Shown piece after piece: positions 18,301-27,344 of a stretch of DNA of 64,000 bases. The DNA lies in NCBI GenBank assembly GCA_964345275.1, contig CAYFQD010000006.1, positions 812 to 64,811 on the forward strand, read 5' to 3'. The stretch's first letter is position 1. Each line of letters starts with the position of its first letter. The stretch is from an uncultured Oscillospiraceae bacterium. GTDB taxonomy: Bacteria; Bacillota; Clostridia; Peptostreptococcales; Anaerovoracaceae. The translations under genes were made by a program, and so were the position numbers. The notes beneath the pieces were generated by a model that saw nothing but the letters and a program-made list of their open reading frames with translations, had not been told where the DNA came from and made no database searches.

Positions 18301-19722
18301 TTATTCATCCTTGAAAAGGGCTTCAAGGCTCTCAAATGTAATCTCTTCCGCAGGTTCTGCAGGTTCCGCCGGTTTCGCCGATACTTCGGAGATATCCGCT
18401 GCGTTATCGGTAACAGCCTCAATTTCATCTGCGACTGCAACAGCAACTCCGGCTGCCAGCTGGGCTGTAGCCTCCTGGTCAACCTCAACTTCAGTAAGAT
18501 TATCCAGGCTGATTTCTTCTACACTCGCCGCTTCGGATTCCACAATAGTTTCAACTTTTATTTCTTCAAAGTCTTCCAGATTAATATTCTCAATCACTTC
18601 CTGACTGATTTCCCCCTCAGGCTCAGTAATCTCCGCCTTGTCAGCATCCGGTAACTCGTTAAACATATCTTCAAAAGAAATCTCTTCTAAGAGCTCTTCT
18701 ATGTCCGCAGCCACCCTCTCCGGTTCTTCCGAAACCGGCTCAAAGTCATCCTTGCTCTCTGATTTCGCATAGATATCAGCCGGCAACTCCTCTGAAGGCG
18801 CATCTATATTGTCCATAATCTGACTCTTGAAAAATTTCTCTGCAAAGAGTTCGTCTGTTGCAAATAAACTTTCTGCCGGCTGCTCCGGCTGCTCCGGTAT
18901 CTCGTCTTTTTCTGAAGATTCCCCGATCTCAACCTCAGTCACCGGCGCGGCTTCTGCCGGGGGTTCCCCCTCGGTATCTATTTTCATCATTGAATCAAGT
19001 TCCTGTTCAATATGCTCCGTCGGAAAATCCAGAATCTCCTCTACGCCTGCATCGGCTGCCGGGAACTCAACCACTCCGTCACTTTCTGCAACCGTCCACT
19101 GACCTTCTTCTACAACACTTACCTGAGATTTCAGCCCGTTGAGACTCGTTGCCGTTCGCAGGATATTTGTCCTGATTTCCTGGAATTCTTCTTCCATTAC
19201 ATCGATTTTTTGTTTATATCTGATTTTGATTGCATCAAGTTTCTCTTTTTCTGCTTCGACCTCGGCTTTCATGGCATCCTTCTTCGCTTCAGCCATATTC
19301 CTTGCTGCATCAAGCTCTTCACCTAAAACTTCTTTCTCGTTTTCAAAAGCTCTTCTCAGATTTTCAATCTGAAGCTGCTGATCTTCGTACTGCTTTTGAG
19401 CATTTGCCATCAGTTCATATACTTCATCGTTGGTCTGCTTAACCATATCATCATGATATTTCTGCGCACTCGTCATGATATCCGCATATTGCAGACTCTT
19501 TTCATCGTATTTATTACATCTTTCTGTTATTTCCGCCAGCTCTACTTCATAATGTTTATCCAGCTCATCTATGTGAGTCTCATAGAGATCACACAGCTGC
19601 TGAATACAGGCATATACATCTTCCTTGTCAAACCCCTCTTCCGTACTCTTCCTGATTCTCATCCCCTTGAGAAGGCTGATTACTGTTTCTCTTCTTTTTT
19701 CTGTTAATGCATTTTTATCCAT
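18301..19722 (-). CDS. Coiled-coil protein with DivIVA-like N-terminal motif and long acidic, low-complexity C-terminal half
   Basis: 473-aa ORF. The N-terminus (EEGFDKEDVYACIQQLCDLY) resembles the GYD..EVD motif of DivIVA/GpsB. It continues with heptad-like coiled coil, then an E/D/P/A-rich tail ending AKPAEPAEPAEE. The functional call is tentative. Confidence 0.6.
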   Translation of the reverse strand: MDKNALTEKRRETVISLLKGMRIRKSTEEGFDKEDVYACIQQLCDLYETHIDELDKHYEVELAEITERCNKYDEKSLQYADIMTSAQKYHDDMVKQTNDEVYELMANAQKQYEDQQLQIENLRRAFENEKEVLGEELDAARNMAEAKKDAMKAEVEAEKEKLDAIKIRYKQKIDVMEEEFQEIRTNILRTATSLNGLKSQVSVVEEGQWTVAESDGVVEFPAADAGVEEILDFPTEHIEQELDSMMKIDTEGEPPAEAAPVTEVEIGESSEKDEIPEQPEQPAESLFATDELFAEKFFKSQIMDNIDAPSEELPADIYAKSESKDDFEPVSEEPERVAADIEELLEEISFEDMFNELPDADKAEITEPEGEISQEVIENINLEDFEEIKVETIVESEAASVEEISLDNLTEVEVDQEATAQLAAGVAVAVADEIEAVTDNAADISEVSAKPAEPAEPAEEITFESLEALFKDE

Positions 19723-19790
19723 TTGTTTGTCCTCTTAAATAAATTCTTTACGGGTTTTTAATAAGTGGTAAACACTGTACGCTCCATAGC

Positions 19791-19799
19791 ATTATACCA
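19791..19799 (-). promoter_or_regulatory. Extended -10 element (TGgTATAAT) upstream of the coiled-coil gene
   Basis: Minus strand reads agTGGTATAATgc about 70 nt upstream of ATG 19722. It lies within a 7-bp inverted repeat AGTGGTA...TACCACT. Confidence 0.35.
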
Positions 19800-19874
19800 C
19801 TCTTATCGCTCTTTGTCTCTCAAAAACAACTTTAAGATTTTGTTAATTTATAAAAAATTATTAATATATTTAGG

Positions 19875-19904
19875 TTGACTTTGTACTGCTGTCGGGTCTA
19901 TCAT
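19875..19904 (+). promoter_or_regulatory. Candidate sigma-A promoter for the plus-strand ORF
   Basis: TTGACT-18 nt-TATCAT, about 65 nt upstream of ATG 19969. Confidence 0.35.
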
Positions 19905-19968
19905 TATAGGGAGTACTTTTTATTTTTACAATATTGAATAATGCAAAAACAAAAAGTTCGGAGGATTC

Positions 19969-20730
19969 ATGAACGCAATAGAATTTAAAGCCAATGGTAA
20001 GGTGTTTCTTTTTACAGCGAAATCCCTTATCATCGACGGCCGAGAATATTCTTATACCGGTATGAGTGCAATAAAGCATTCATCTTCAAAACATACTTAT
20101 ATCTTCAGATACAATGATGCCTGGCAGCAGCTGGTTTATGACCCTGCTGATGCTCAAAAACTTGGAACTCTCTTTGCACGAATCGTAAAGATGAACCAGA
20201 CCAGGCTGGCCAGGCAGCAGACCGCTGCAAAAGCCGCCGCTCCCGTAGAAAGAGCTCTCACCGTGCATCCGTCTGCCACAATAACAGGCAATGAGTCTTT
20301 TGCCGAAGCTCTTTCCAAGGCGATCCGTGAAAGCGATGCAAAAATCGATGCATCGGAAACGCCGGCAAAAGCGCCTATAGAGGCTCAGGCTGAGACTCAA
20401 GTTCAAGCTGAAACTCAAACTGAAACTCAAACTGAAACCCAGGCTGAAGTTCAGGCTGAGGCTCAGATTGAAGAAGCAAGTGCTAAAGATGCTGGAGATA
20501 CCGAAAAAAAAGAGCCGGATAATGATCTCACGCCTAAACAGGCAGAAAAAAAATCCAAGCTGAAAAAGGCGTTAATAATTTTCGCAATAATCATCGGCCT
20601 TTTCGTCCTTCTCGGAATAGGATACTTTTTTGTATTCGGTCCGACGGATTACCCGGTAATCACACCAGGAACAGGCCAGGAACAACAGTATAAAGATATC
20701 GATGATCTGATTGAAGATCTGCAAAAATAA
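19969..20730 (+). CDS. Hypothetical membrane-anchored protein with (A/T)ETQ low-complexity repeat
   Basis: The only convincing plus-strand gene outside the island. RBS GGAGG sits 6 nt before the ATG. C-terminal TM helix ALIIFAIIIGLFVLLGIGYFFVF. A terminator follows the downstream tRNAs. Confidence 0.7.
   Translation: MNAIEFKANGKVFLFTAKSLIIDGREYSYTGMSAIKHSSSKHTYIFRYNDAWQQLVYDPADAQKLGTLFARIVKMNQTRLARQQTAAKAAAPVERALTVHPSATITGNESFAEALSKAIRESDAKIDASETPAKAPIEAQAETQVQAETQTETQTETQAEVQAEAQIEEASAKDAGDTEKKEPDNDLTPKQAEKKSKLKKALIIFAIIIGLFVLLGIGYFFVFGPTDYPVITPGTGQEQQYKDIDDLIEDLQK
20383..20466 (+). repeat. In-frame tandem 12-nt repeats (actgaaactcaa and variants) encoding AETQ/TETQ/AEVQ
   Basis: Read directly: gctgagactcaagttcaagctgaaactcaaactgaaactcaaactgaaacccaggctgaagttcaggctgaggctcag. 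Confidence 0.8.
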
Positions 20731-20756
20731 AAAAGTATATACATTGATATATACAA

Positions 20757-20832
20757 GCCACTGTAGCTCATCCGGCAGAGCAGCACATTCGTAACGTGCA
20801 GGTGGCCGGTTCGATCCCGGCCAGTGGCTCCA
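20757..20832 (+). tRNA. tRNA-Thr (anticodon CGT), CCA encoded
   Basis: Manual cloverleaf: acceptor GCCACTG/CAGTGGC, D stem GCTC/GAGC, anticodon arm GCACA-TTCGTAA-CGTGC, T arm GCCGG-TTCGATC-CCGGC, then T+CCA. 76 nt. Confidence 0.85.
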
Positions 20833-20833
20833 T

Positions 20834-20909
20834 GGGGCATTGGCGCAGCTGGGAGCGCGCTTGGCTGGCAGCCAGGAGGTCAGGGGTTCGAGCCCCCTAT
20901 GCTCCACCA
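20834..20909 (+). tRNA. tRNA-Ala (anticodon GGC), CCA encoded
   Basis: Acceptor GGGGCAT/ATGCTCC with the G3:U70 identity pair, anticodon loop CTGGCAG, T arm AGGGG-TTCGAGC-CCCCT. 76 nt, 1 nt after tRNA-Thr. Confidence 0.88.
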
Positions 20910-20916
20910 ATACTGA

Positions 20917-20945
20917 AAAAGCATCCTCCACGGGATGCTTTTTTG
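20917..20945 (+). terminator. Intrinsic terminator after the tRNA pair
   Basis: aaaaaGCATCC-tccacg-GGATGCtttttt. Confidence 0.75.
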
Positions 20946-20957
20946 ACATATAGCTTT

Positions 20958-20974
20958 ATAGGAGGCTCGAACCC
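20958..20974 (-). repeat. Inverted partial copy of the tRNA-Ala T-arm/acceptor 3' segment
   Basis: Minus strand GGGTTCGAGCCTCCTAT versus tRNA-Ala 20884-20900 GGGTTCGAGCCCCCTAT (16/17 identical), in opposite orientation. Confidence 0.6.
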
Positions 20975-20981
20975 GAGAGGG

Positions 20982-21011
20982 CCTGATGGTCCTGTGCCTG
21001 ATGGTCCTGTG
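20982..21011. repeat. Perfect tandem duplication, 2 x 15 bp (cctgatggtcctgtg)
   Basis: Read directly; lies between the tRNA-like fragment and the stop of the M20 relic. Confidence 0.9.
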
Positions 21012-21014
21012 CTG

Positions 21015-21563
21015 TTATCTTTTATTTTTCTCAAGCCATTTCACAGCTGCCTGAGCCATTGCAGCCGGTCCGATGATCAGTGCTTCTTCGTCAAACTCCG
21101 CTTTCGGATTATGAACCGCAAATACATTTCCGTCCTTATCCGGCAGCGGACAGGAAACAAAGAAATAACAGGATTCCGGAAGATTATATGCGATGTGAGC
21201 ATAGTCATCTGATGCCAGCATTGAGTCCGTATACTCTACCGCATAATCCGGCCCTAAAACTTCCTCTGCCGATTCTTTAACCAGGATTGCCATTTCTAAA
21301 CTGTTTTTTAAAGCCGGCACATCGGCAGCCACTTCGTAATTTGTCTCTGCTCTGAATGCTTTTCCTATATGCTCCACCATCAGCCTTCCCCCGTTAAGGG
21401 TCTCTTCCGCCGGCTGAAATAAAAATTTAATCTGTCCCGGCAACCTGTCCTCATCCTCTTTAAGCATTATTAAAGTCACCAGCAATGAAGCTGTGTGAAT
21501 GTCATGTCCGCAAAGATGAGAGCAGCTGCTGTCAGACGCAAACTCTAAATACGATGGCATCAC
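21015..21563 (-). pseudogene. Relic of an M20D-family amidohydrolase (N-terminus and central lid/dimerisation domain missing)
   Basis: The 182-aa ORF keeps SHLCGHDIHT and FLFQPAEETLNGG metal-site motifs and a C-terminal ...SDDYAHI...FAVHNPKAEFDEEAL segment. Family members are about twice this length. Its ATG overlaps the TGA of the upstream acyl-CoA synthetase gene (TGATG). Confidence 0.55.
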
Positions 21564-23365
21564 TGCTCTTCGGTTTTGTTCTCTTCTGAGAATCTGATGA
21601 GTTTGGACGATGTGTTGTGAACGAAGTCACTCTTTCTGAGAATAACCTTTTTAATCATTCTGTAAGCAGGTGCTTCGTTATTGATTTTATCCACTTCCTG
21701 CCAGATCAGCTGTTTTATACCATCATCAGTATATCCGGCACCTAAAATTTCCTCTGCTTCTTCCTCATCAACTTTGATTGATGCAACGATCAGTGTATCA
21801 CTTCCGGAGGCCTTTTCATCCTCAAAAACGAAGGATTCCTGCACGAACGGAATCAGTCCCAGCTGGTATTCCAGCTCTTCCGGATATACATTCTTGCCAT
21901 TCTTTGTGATGATTACATTCTTGGCTCTTCCCGTAAGGAAAGTATATCCATCCTTATCAATGTATCCCAGATCTCCGGTGTGGAACCATCCCTCCTCATC
22001 AAGCACTCTGGCTGTCTCTTCAGGATCATCAAGGTATCCCATCATGATGTTCTCACCGCGCAGGCATATCTCTCCAATACCTTCTTCATTTTCATTGATT
22101 ATCTTAATTTCCTGCCCCGGAAGCGGAACTCCGATAGCTGCTGAGTTAGGAGCGTCCTGAGGATTCAGCGCTCCCATAGGTGCAGCTTCGGTCAAACCAT
22201 AGCCCTGGAGTGCATTTATACCGAAGTCCTTTATCCCTTCTAAAATATCAGGGTCTATCTTGGCACCGCCGCATATCATAGTTTTCATTCTTCCTCCAAA
22301 GATATCTCTTATTTCCTTGAGGAAGATATCGCCCAGATCCAGACCGGCCTTTTTTGTAATTCTGTTTACCTTAAGAACTCTCCTGAGTATTTTCTCCTTA
22401 CCCTGCTTGCGAACATTTTTCCAGATGGTATTATATAATTTCTCATAGAGAGCCGGTACACCAAGCAGAAGGGTCGGCTGTATTTCTTTCAGGTTCTTCG
22501 TTATATATTTAAGACCCTGACAGAAACCCACGGAACAGCCCTTGTAGAATCCGATCAGGAATGTGCATGTACACTCATAGGTGTGATGAAGCGGCAGAAA
22601 CGAGAAGAATCTGTCCTCCTCTACCAATTCGAAAATCGTAGGCCCTATCATCAGCTCAGAGCAAAGATTTTTCTGGTTTATCATTACACCCTTAGGAACT
22701 CCCGTTGTTCCCGAGGTGAATATAAGCACGCTCATTATCTCGTTGTCAACTTCGGCATCAAGATACTCTCTTTCTCCTTCTTCCACCAGCTTCTTGCCTT
22801 CATCCTTAAGTTGCCTCCATGAAAGAATGCCATCCTTTTCCTCATCCAGATTAAAGCTTATTATGATTTCCAGATTGGTGTCTCCGCTTGCCTTGATGTC
22901 TTCAAAAATTCTGATGAACTTTTCGTCAGCCACAACAGCAGTAACGCCCGATCGTAAAATCTGATTTTTTATTTCTTCACCATTAAGCTCTTTATCTAAA
23001 GGCACAATGCACCCGATGCCTCCGGTTACAGCCAGATAAGCAGAGCACCACTGATAACAGTTAGGCCCTATCACAGCGACTCTCTTATCCTTAAGTCCCA
23101 GCTTCATCATGGATGTGCCCAGTCCGTTTACATCATGAAAAACCTCTCTGTATGTAGTGGGCTCAAATTCACCGTCAGGGTTCCACTTCTGCAGATATGC
23201 AATATTATCTCCATAATGTTCATTGGCCTTGATAAGCAAATCCTTCAGGTCCGTTACCGGCCAACCGTCTCTTACCTTGACATAAGGTCTCGGGTCATCC
23301 CTGACCTTTTGCATTACACCCTCTGCCCACTCTATCGCTTTTCTTCTCTTTTCTGTAATTTCCAT
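21560..23365 (-). CDS. AMP-forming long-chain acyl-CoA synthetase (FadD-like)
   Basis: 601 aa; AMP-binding motifs IFTSGTTGVPKGV, GYGLTE and HTGDLG. Confidence 0.85.
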   Translation of the reverse strand: MEITEKRRKAIEWAEGVMQKVRDDPRPYVKVRDGWPVTDLKDLLIKANEHYGDNIAYLQKWNPDGEFEPTTYREVFHDVNGLGTSMMKLGLKDKRVAVIGPNCYQWCSAYLAVTGGIGCIVPLDKELNGEEIKNQILRSGVTAVVADEKFIRIFEDIKASGDTNLEIIISFNLDEEKDGILSWRQLKDEGKKLVEEGEREYLDAEVDNEIMSVLIFTSGTTGVPKGVMINQKNLCSELMIGPTIFELVEEDRFFSFLPLHHTYECTCTFLIGFYKGCSVGFCQGLKYITKNLKEIQPTLLLGVPALYEKLYNTIWKNVRKQGKEKILRRVLKVNRITKKAGLDLGDIFLKEIRDIFGGRMKTMICGGAKIDPDILEGIKDFGINALQGYGLTEAAPMGALNPQDAPNSAAIGVPLPGQEIKIINENEEGIGEICLRGENIMMGYLDDPEETARVLDEEGWFHTGDLGYIDKDGYTFLTGRAKNVIITKNGKNVYPEELEYQLGLIPFVQESFVFEDEKASGSDTLIVASIKVDEEEAEEILGAGYTDDGIKQLIWQEVDKINNEAPAYRMIKKVILRKSDFVHNTSSKLIRFSEENKTEEQ

Positions 23366-23406
23366 AATTAACAGTCTCCTTTGTTAGTTAATCTAACTAC
23401 TTTAAG

Positions 23407-23424
23407 TATGGTAATTTTACCATA
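23407..23424. promoter_or_regulatory. Perfect 18-bp palindrome, candidate operator upstream of the acyl-CoA synthetase gene
   Basis: TATGGTAA-TT-TTACCATA, about 40 nt upstream of ATG 23365. Confidence 0.4.
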
Positions 23425-23452
23425 TGTTATCTGTAATGCAAATACTTTCTAT

Positions 23453-23480
23453 TAAAAAAGGAATCTCCATTGAGATTCCT
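23453..23480 (-). terminator. Intrinsic terminator after rplS
   Basis: Minus strand GGAATCTC-aatg-GAGATTCC followed by TTTTTTAAT. Confidence 0.8.
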
Positions 23481-23505
23481 TTTGAACATAGGATTTCTGT
23501 CTGAT

Positions 23506-23844
23506 TTATCTCTGCTTAATCTTAGCTGACTTTCCTGTTCTCTGGCGCATGTAGTGAAGTTTAGCTCTTCTGACTTTTCCGCGCTTGGTTACTTCAATTT
23601 TTTCCACCAGCGGTGAATGCAGCGGAAATGTCTTTTCCACGCCAACACCGGAGGCCATTCTCCTTACTGTGAATGACTCTCCGATTCCACCGTTCTGTCT
23701 TTTCAGAACGAAACCATCGAATATCTGAATTCTTTCTCTGTTACCTTCTCTAATTTTAATGTGCACTTTAACAGTGTCTCCAACATTAAACGCAGGGATG
23801 TCAGACTTCATATATTCCTTTGTTACTGAGCTCAATATGTCCAT
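23506..23844 (-). CDS. rplS: 50S ribosomal protein L19
   Basis: 112 aa; [31 protein letters not shown]...FTVRR...[11 protein letters not shown]...[11 protein letters not shown]-like sequence. Confidence 0.96.
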   Translation of the reverse strand: MDILSSVTKEYMKSDIPAFNVGDTVKVHIKIREGNRERIQIFDGFVLKRQNGGIGESFTVRRMASGVGVEKTFPLHSPLVEKIEVTKRGKVRRAKLHYMRQRTGKSAKIKQR

Positions 23845-23958
23845 CGCTCTTCCTCCTTCCCTTCGAAACGTTCGTGCCTTAAATAACTTTATGTATCAGA
23901 CAGAGGACCGCCCGTAAAATACTTATAACCGCATGTATTATTTTACACACGCTCAATT

Positions 23959-23987
23959 ATTATACATGTCCATGCCCTTTGAATCAA
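23959..23987 (-). promoter_or_regulatory. Sigma-A promoter of rplS, followed by a leader of about 105 nt (possible L19 autoregulatory leader)
   Basis: Minus strand TTGATT-17 nt-TATAAT. The long structured-looking 5' UTR before the GGAGG RBS was not checked against a covariance model. Confidence 0.55.
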
Positions 23988-24005
23988 GTACCTTTTTGCT
24001 CTTTT

Positions 24006-24890
24006 CTACCTGGCTCTCGGATGGGTATGATCGTAAACATCTTTGATGCGGCTTTTTGTTGCAGCCAGATACATCTGCGTAGCTGTAATGTCTTCATGAC
24101 CCATCAGTTCCTGCAGAGACTTGAGATCCGCTCCGTTCTGCAGCATGTGCACTGCGAAGGAGTTCCTGAGAATATTTGGCGTCAGACCGCAGCTTAAACC
24201 TGCCTTCTCGCCATATTCTTTCAGGGTTTTCCATAGCCCCTGTCTGGTAATCCTCACACCCGCGTAATTAACGAACAGTGCCTTCTCATCACTTACCCCT
24301 TTTATGAACTTGTCCCGAAAACGAAAGACATATTCCTCCAGTGCCTCCCTTGCCGGACGCCCCAGGGGAATGATTCTTGCTTTGTTGTTGGCAGCCGATG
24401 CTGTAATAAATCCCATCCGGAAATTGACATCCTCCAGATCAATCTCGATCAGCTCCGTAGCCCTGATCCCGGTAGCATAAAGAATCTCCAGGATAGCTCT
24501 GTCCCTGACTCCTTTCATGGATTTGCCGGGGCATTCCATGAGCCTTTCTATTTCTTCAATGCTGAGGTATTCGGGAATCTTTTTTTCAATTTTAGGTGCT
24601 CTGATATTAATCGTAGGATTGTCAGTTATTACTCCGATTTGAGTCAGAAAAGTAAAGTATGCTCTTACAGAAGCCATCTTCCTGTTAACAGTGGATGCGG
24701 ATTTACCTTCGTCTTTCAAACAGTGAAGATAGGCGATTATCTCGGTGCTGGAAATCTCCCTTATATCTATGATTCCCCGTTTCTCCTCAAAAGAGAGAAA
24801 AGCCTTCACATCTTTTGTGTAGGCCGCTAATGAGTTTGCGGCCATTTTCTTTTCATTTCGAAGATGCTCAGTAAAAGCTTCGGTATACAT
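24006..24890 (-). CDS. xerD: Tyrosine site-specific recombinase, XerC/XerD family
   Basis: [32 protein letters not shown]... N-terminal SAM-like domain, then ...[14 protein letters not shown]...[36 protein letters not shown]. Start at 24890 with a GGAGG RBS. Confidence 0.8.
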   Translation of the reverse strand: [294 protein letters not shown]

Positions 24891-24894
24891 TGTA

Positions 24895-25425
24895 TTACCT
24901 CCGTTCCCCGGCCATAAGAAGCGCTGCCAGAGTTTTAGCATCGACCAGCTCCCCGCGTACGCCCATCTCGTACACTTCATCAAAAGGCATCTCTATCACT
25001 TCCAGTGCTTCATCTTCATCGGGAGACTGTTCTCCGGGATTAAGCCCTGTCATTAAATACAGGTGGATGACCTCTTCAGAGTATGCACAGCTGGGATTCA
25101 CATCTCCCAGATGTTCAATGTTCTCAGCCGTATATCCCGTTTCCTCTTTAAGTTCGCGGACAGCTGCACTTACGGGATCTGTCTCTCCGCGGTCAATCTT
25201 TCCCGCAGGAATCTCAAGGACCGGCCTGCCGCAGGCATATCTGTACTGACGGACCATAACCACCTTGTCGTCGTCAGTCAGCGCCAGCATGGCAACTGCA
25301 CCGTTATGTTCAACGATTTCGCGATACGCCTCCCCGCCTGCCGCTGTAACTCTGTCACGGCGCAGGTTTAAAATTATTCCTTCATATATTCGTTCACTGT
25401 CTATTTTTTTTTCTTCAAAAATCAT
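24895..25425 (-). CDS. nudF: ADP-ribose pyrophosphatase (NUDIX hydrolase)
   Basis: Nudix box GKIDRGETDPVSAAVRELKEETGY; 176 aa. Confidence 0.85.
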   Translation of the reverse strand: MIFEEKKIDSERIYEGIILNLRRDRVTAAGGEAYREIVEHNGAVAMLALTDDDKVVMVRQYRYACGRPVLEIPAGKIDRGETDPVSAAVRELKEETGYTAENIEHLGDVNPSCAYSEEVIHLYLMTGLNPGEQSPDEDEALEVIEMPFDEVYEMGVRGELVDAKTLAALLMAGERR

Positions 25426-26240
25426 TCTTTCGTCATCTCCCTTGAGCGTGCAACTGCCGCTCTGAAGCCTTCCTTTATTTTTTCTTCGAAACCATTAGCC
25501 TGCAAAACCTTGACAGCTTCTATTGTGGTACCGCCCGGTGACGATACATTTATTCTCAATTGTTCAGGACTCTCGCGATTTTCCAGAACCATCCTGGCCG
25601 CTCCAAGCACTGACTGTGCAGCAAACACTTTGGCCCTGTCTGGTTCCACTCCCCCCTCTATCGCTGCTTTAAGAAGAGCATGGATGTACATATATGTGTA
25701 CGCGGGACTGCTTCCGCTGACTCCGACAACGCAATCCATCAGCTCCTCTTCAACTTCTTCGGCTCTCCCGACAGCATCAAAGATAGCTTTGGCTGCAGCG
25801 AAATCCTCTGCACTCACATTGCCGTTTCTTGTCATAGCTGTCATTGCTTCACCCACCTGTGCCGGCGTGTTGGGCATGATGCGAATAAGACGGGCATCCG
25901 GTCCGAGAACGGCCTCCATGCTTGCCAGACTCACACCTGCCGCCATAGAAACAATTAACTTGCCGCATTCTTTTATTTCATTCAGAACTCCCGGGACATC
26001 CATTGGTTTGACACCCACTATTACAATATCCGACCGTTGAGACAAGATAAAGTTATCATTACATATTTCAATGGCCGGTTCGCTCTGAACGGCACTTCTG
26101 ATGACCTTTGCCATCTCCTCGTTTCGCTCCGTCGTCCTGTTGTGAATCAGAATTGTATTACCTGCCGCCGCAGATGATCTGGCATAGCCCCACAGGATGG
26201 CTCCACCCATATTTCCCGTTCCAATAAATCCTATATTCAT
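25422..26240 (-). CDS. proC: Pyrroline-5-carboxylate reductase
   Basis: MNIGFIGTGNMGGAI...RIMPNTPAQVGEAMT...SGSSPAY...SPGGTTIEA. Confidence 0.92.
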   Translation of the reverse strand: MNIGFIGTGNMGGAILWGYARSSAAAGNTILIHNRTTERNEEMAKVIRSAVQSEPAIEICNDNFILSQRSDIVIVGVKPMDVPGVLNEIKECGKLIVSMAAGVSLASMEAVLGPDARLIRIMPNTPAQVGEAMTAMTRNGNVSAEDFAAAKAIFDAVGRAEEVEEELMDCVVGVSGSSPAYTYMYIHALLKAAIEGGVEPDRAKVFAAQSVLGAARMVLENRESPEQLRINVSSPGGTTIEAVKVLQANGFEEKIKEGFRAAVARSREMTKE

Positions 26241-27277
26241 TCCAGTTCCTCCCTAATGAATTTACCTAACAAGGCCTTTGTAAAATAATTAATTTCCGTA
26301 TATTTAATATCGTCCCGCTCAGCAATGACGAGAAAGCCATTGTCACAGCCGGGAAGCACATGAAAATCCCATGGACTGCCTGCACCCATGGTCTCGTCCG
26401 GTTCCAGCCTCAGTATCTTTAAATCTATTACCGCCAGTCCCGAGCTGCGTACTATTGGAACCTCAAACTCAAAGGATTCCTCCATGCCATTGAATACAGT
26501 TCTGATATCTCTCCCGTTCCAGTCAAAACCGACATAATCAACCGGCAGTCTGCCCGGTGTAAAGAGCTGTCGTCCCTTTATCTTCAGGGTACTTCTGCCC
26601 AGCACCGGTTTCCCTGTGACAAGTCGAATTCCTGACCGGTAAACAGGGAACCCCATTCTGAACATGGCTCTGTGAAAGTCGCATTTACCTATAACTTTCG
26701 TAAGACCGGCCAATTGCCGCACATCGTCTTTATTGTGGAGCAGAATCTTATGCTCGGTCTCCTCATCTGCAGTAGCTTCATAATGCATATATAAATCCGC
26801 ACTTTCTGCACCGCTTATTTTATCTTCCCTGAATGACCAGAGTCCCATATAGCTTTCAACAGTCTTCTGCTTTAAATTCGGCAAGAGACTTCTGAGAGGT
26901 GAATATCCGTCTATCACTCTGTACAGATCCAGATTATAGACTTCTTTCATTGCCGGCATCCTGTGATGATGCAGCCTCTGCTCCAGAAATGGTATGTCGA
27001 AGTTTTTGCCATTATATGTTATCAGAACATCCAGTCCGGCAATTTCCCTTGTCAGTGCCTCCAGAGTTTCACGCTCCCGGGTTCTGCTTTCAGCCAGAAA
27101 CTGATATAATTTACCTTCTTCGTATTTATAGATGCAACCCAGTATATATTCAGACCATCGGGGATTGAGACCTGTAGTTTCTATATCAAGCACACCTATG
27201 CTCATCCCGGTGAGATAAGCATCCCGCAGCGGACCCTCATAAATAGCTTCAGTACAGGGTTCAATAAATGTTTTCAT
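26237..27277 (-). CDS. RNase H-like / YprB-type predicted 3'-5' exonuclease domain protein
   Basis: GVLDIETTGLNPRWSEYILGCIY...ITYNGKNFDIPFLEQR (DEDD-like exonuclease motifs). The start is ambiguous between 27328 and 27277. Confidence 0.65.
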   Translation of the reverse strand: MKTFIEPCTEAIYEGPLRDAYLTGMSIGVLDIETTGLNPRWSEYILGCIYKYEEGKLYQFLAESRTRERETLEALTREIAGLDVLITYNGKNFDIPFLEQRLHHHRMPAMKEVYNLDLYRVIDGYSPLRSLLPNLKQKTVESYMGLWSFREDKISGAESADLYMHYEATADEETEHKILLHNKDDVRQLAGLTKVIGKCDFHRAMFRMGFPVYRSGIRLVTGKPVLGRSTLKIKGRQLFTPGRLPVDYVGFDWNGRDIRTVFNGMEESFEFEVPIVRSSGLAVIDLKILRLEPDETMGAGSPWDFHVLPGCDNGFLVIAERDDIKYTEINYFTKALLGKFIREELE

Positions 27278-27344
27278 TTTTTTATCCTCTTGATAGGGAC
27301 AAGTATACCACACTTTTATGTAAACCACTAAAAAAATATCAACA

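Noticed and set aside
20572-21212. ORFs of 125, 63 and 138 aa overlapping the tRNA genes
   Set aside because: They run straight through two well-folded tRNAs and a terminator, so they are spurious.
24006-24890. Tyrosine recombinase as a marker of an integrated mobile element
   Set aside because: The sequence is XerC/XerD-like and embedded in a housekeeping operon (exonuclease-proC-nudF-xerD). There are no flanking repeats, no cargo genes and no compositional shift.
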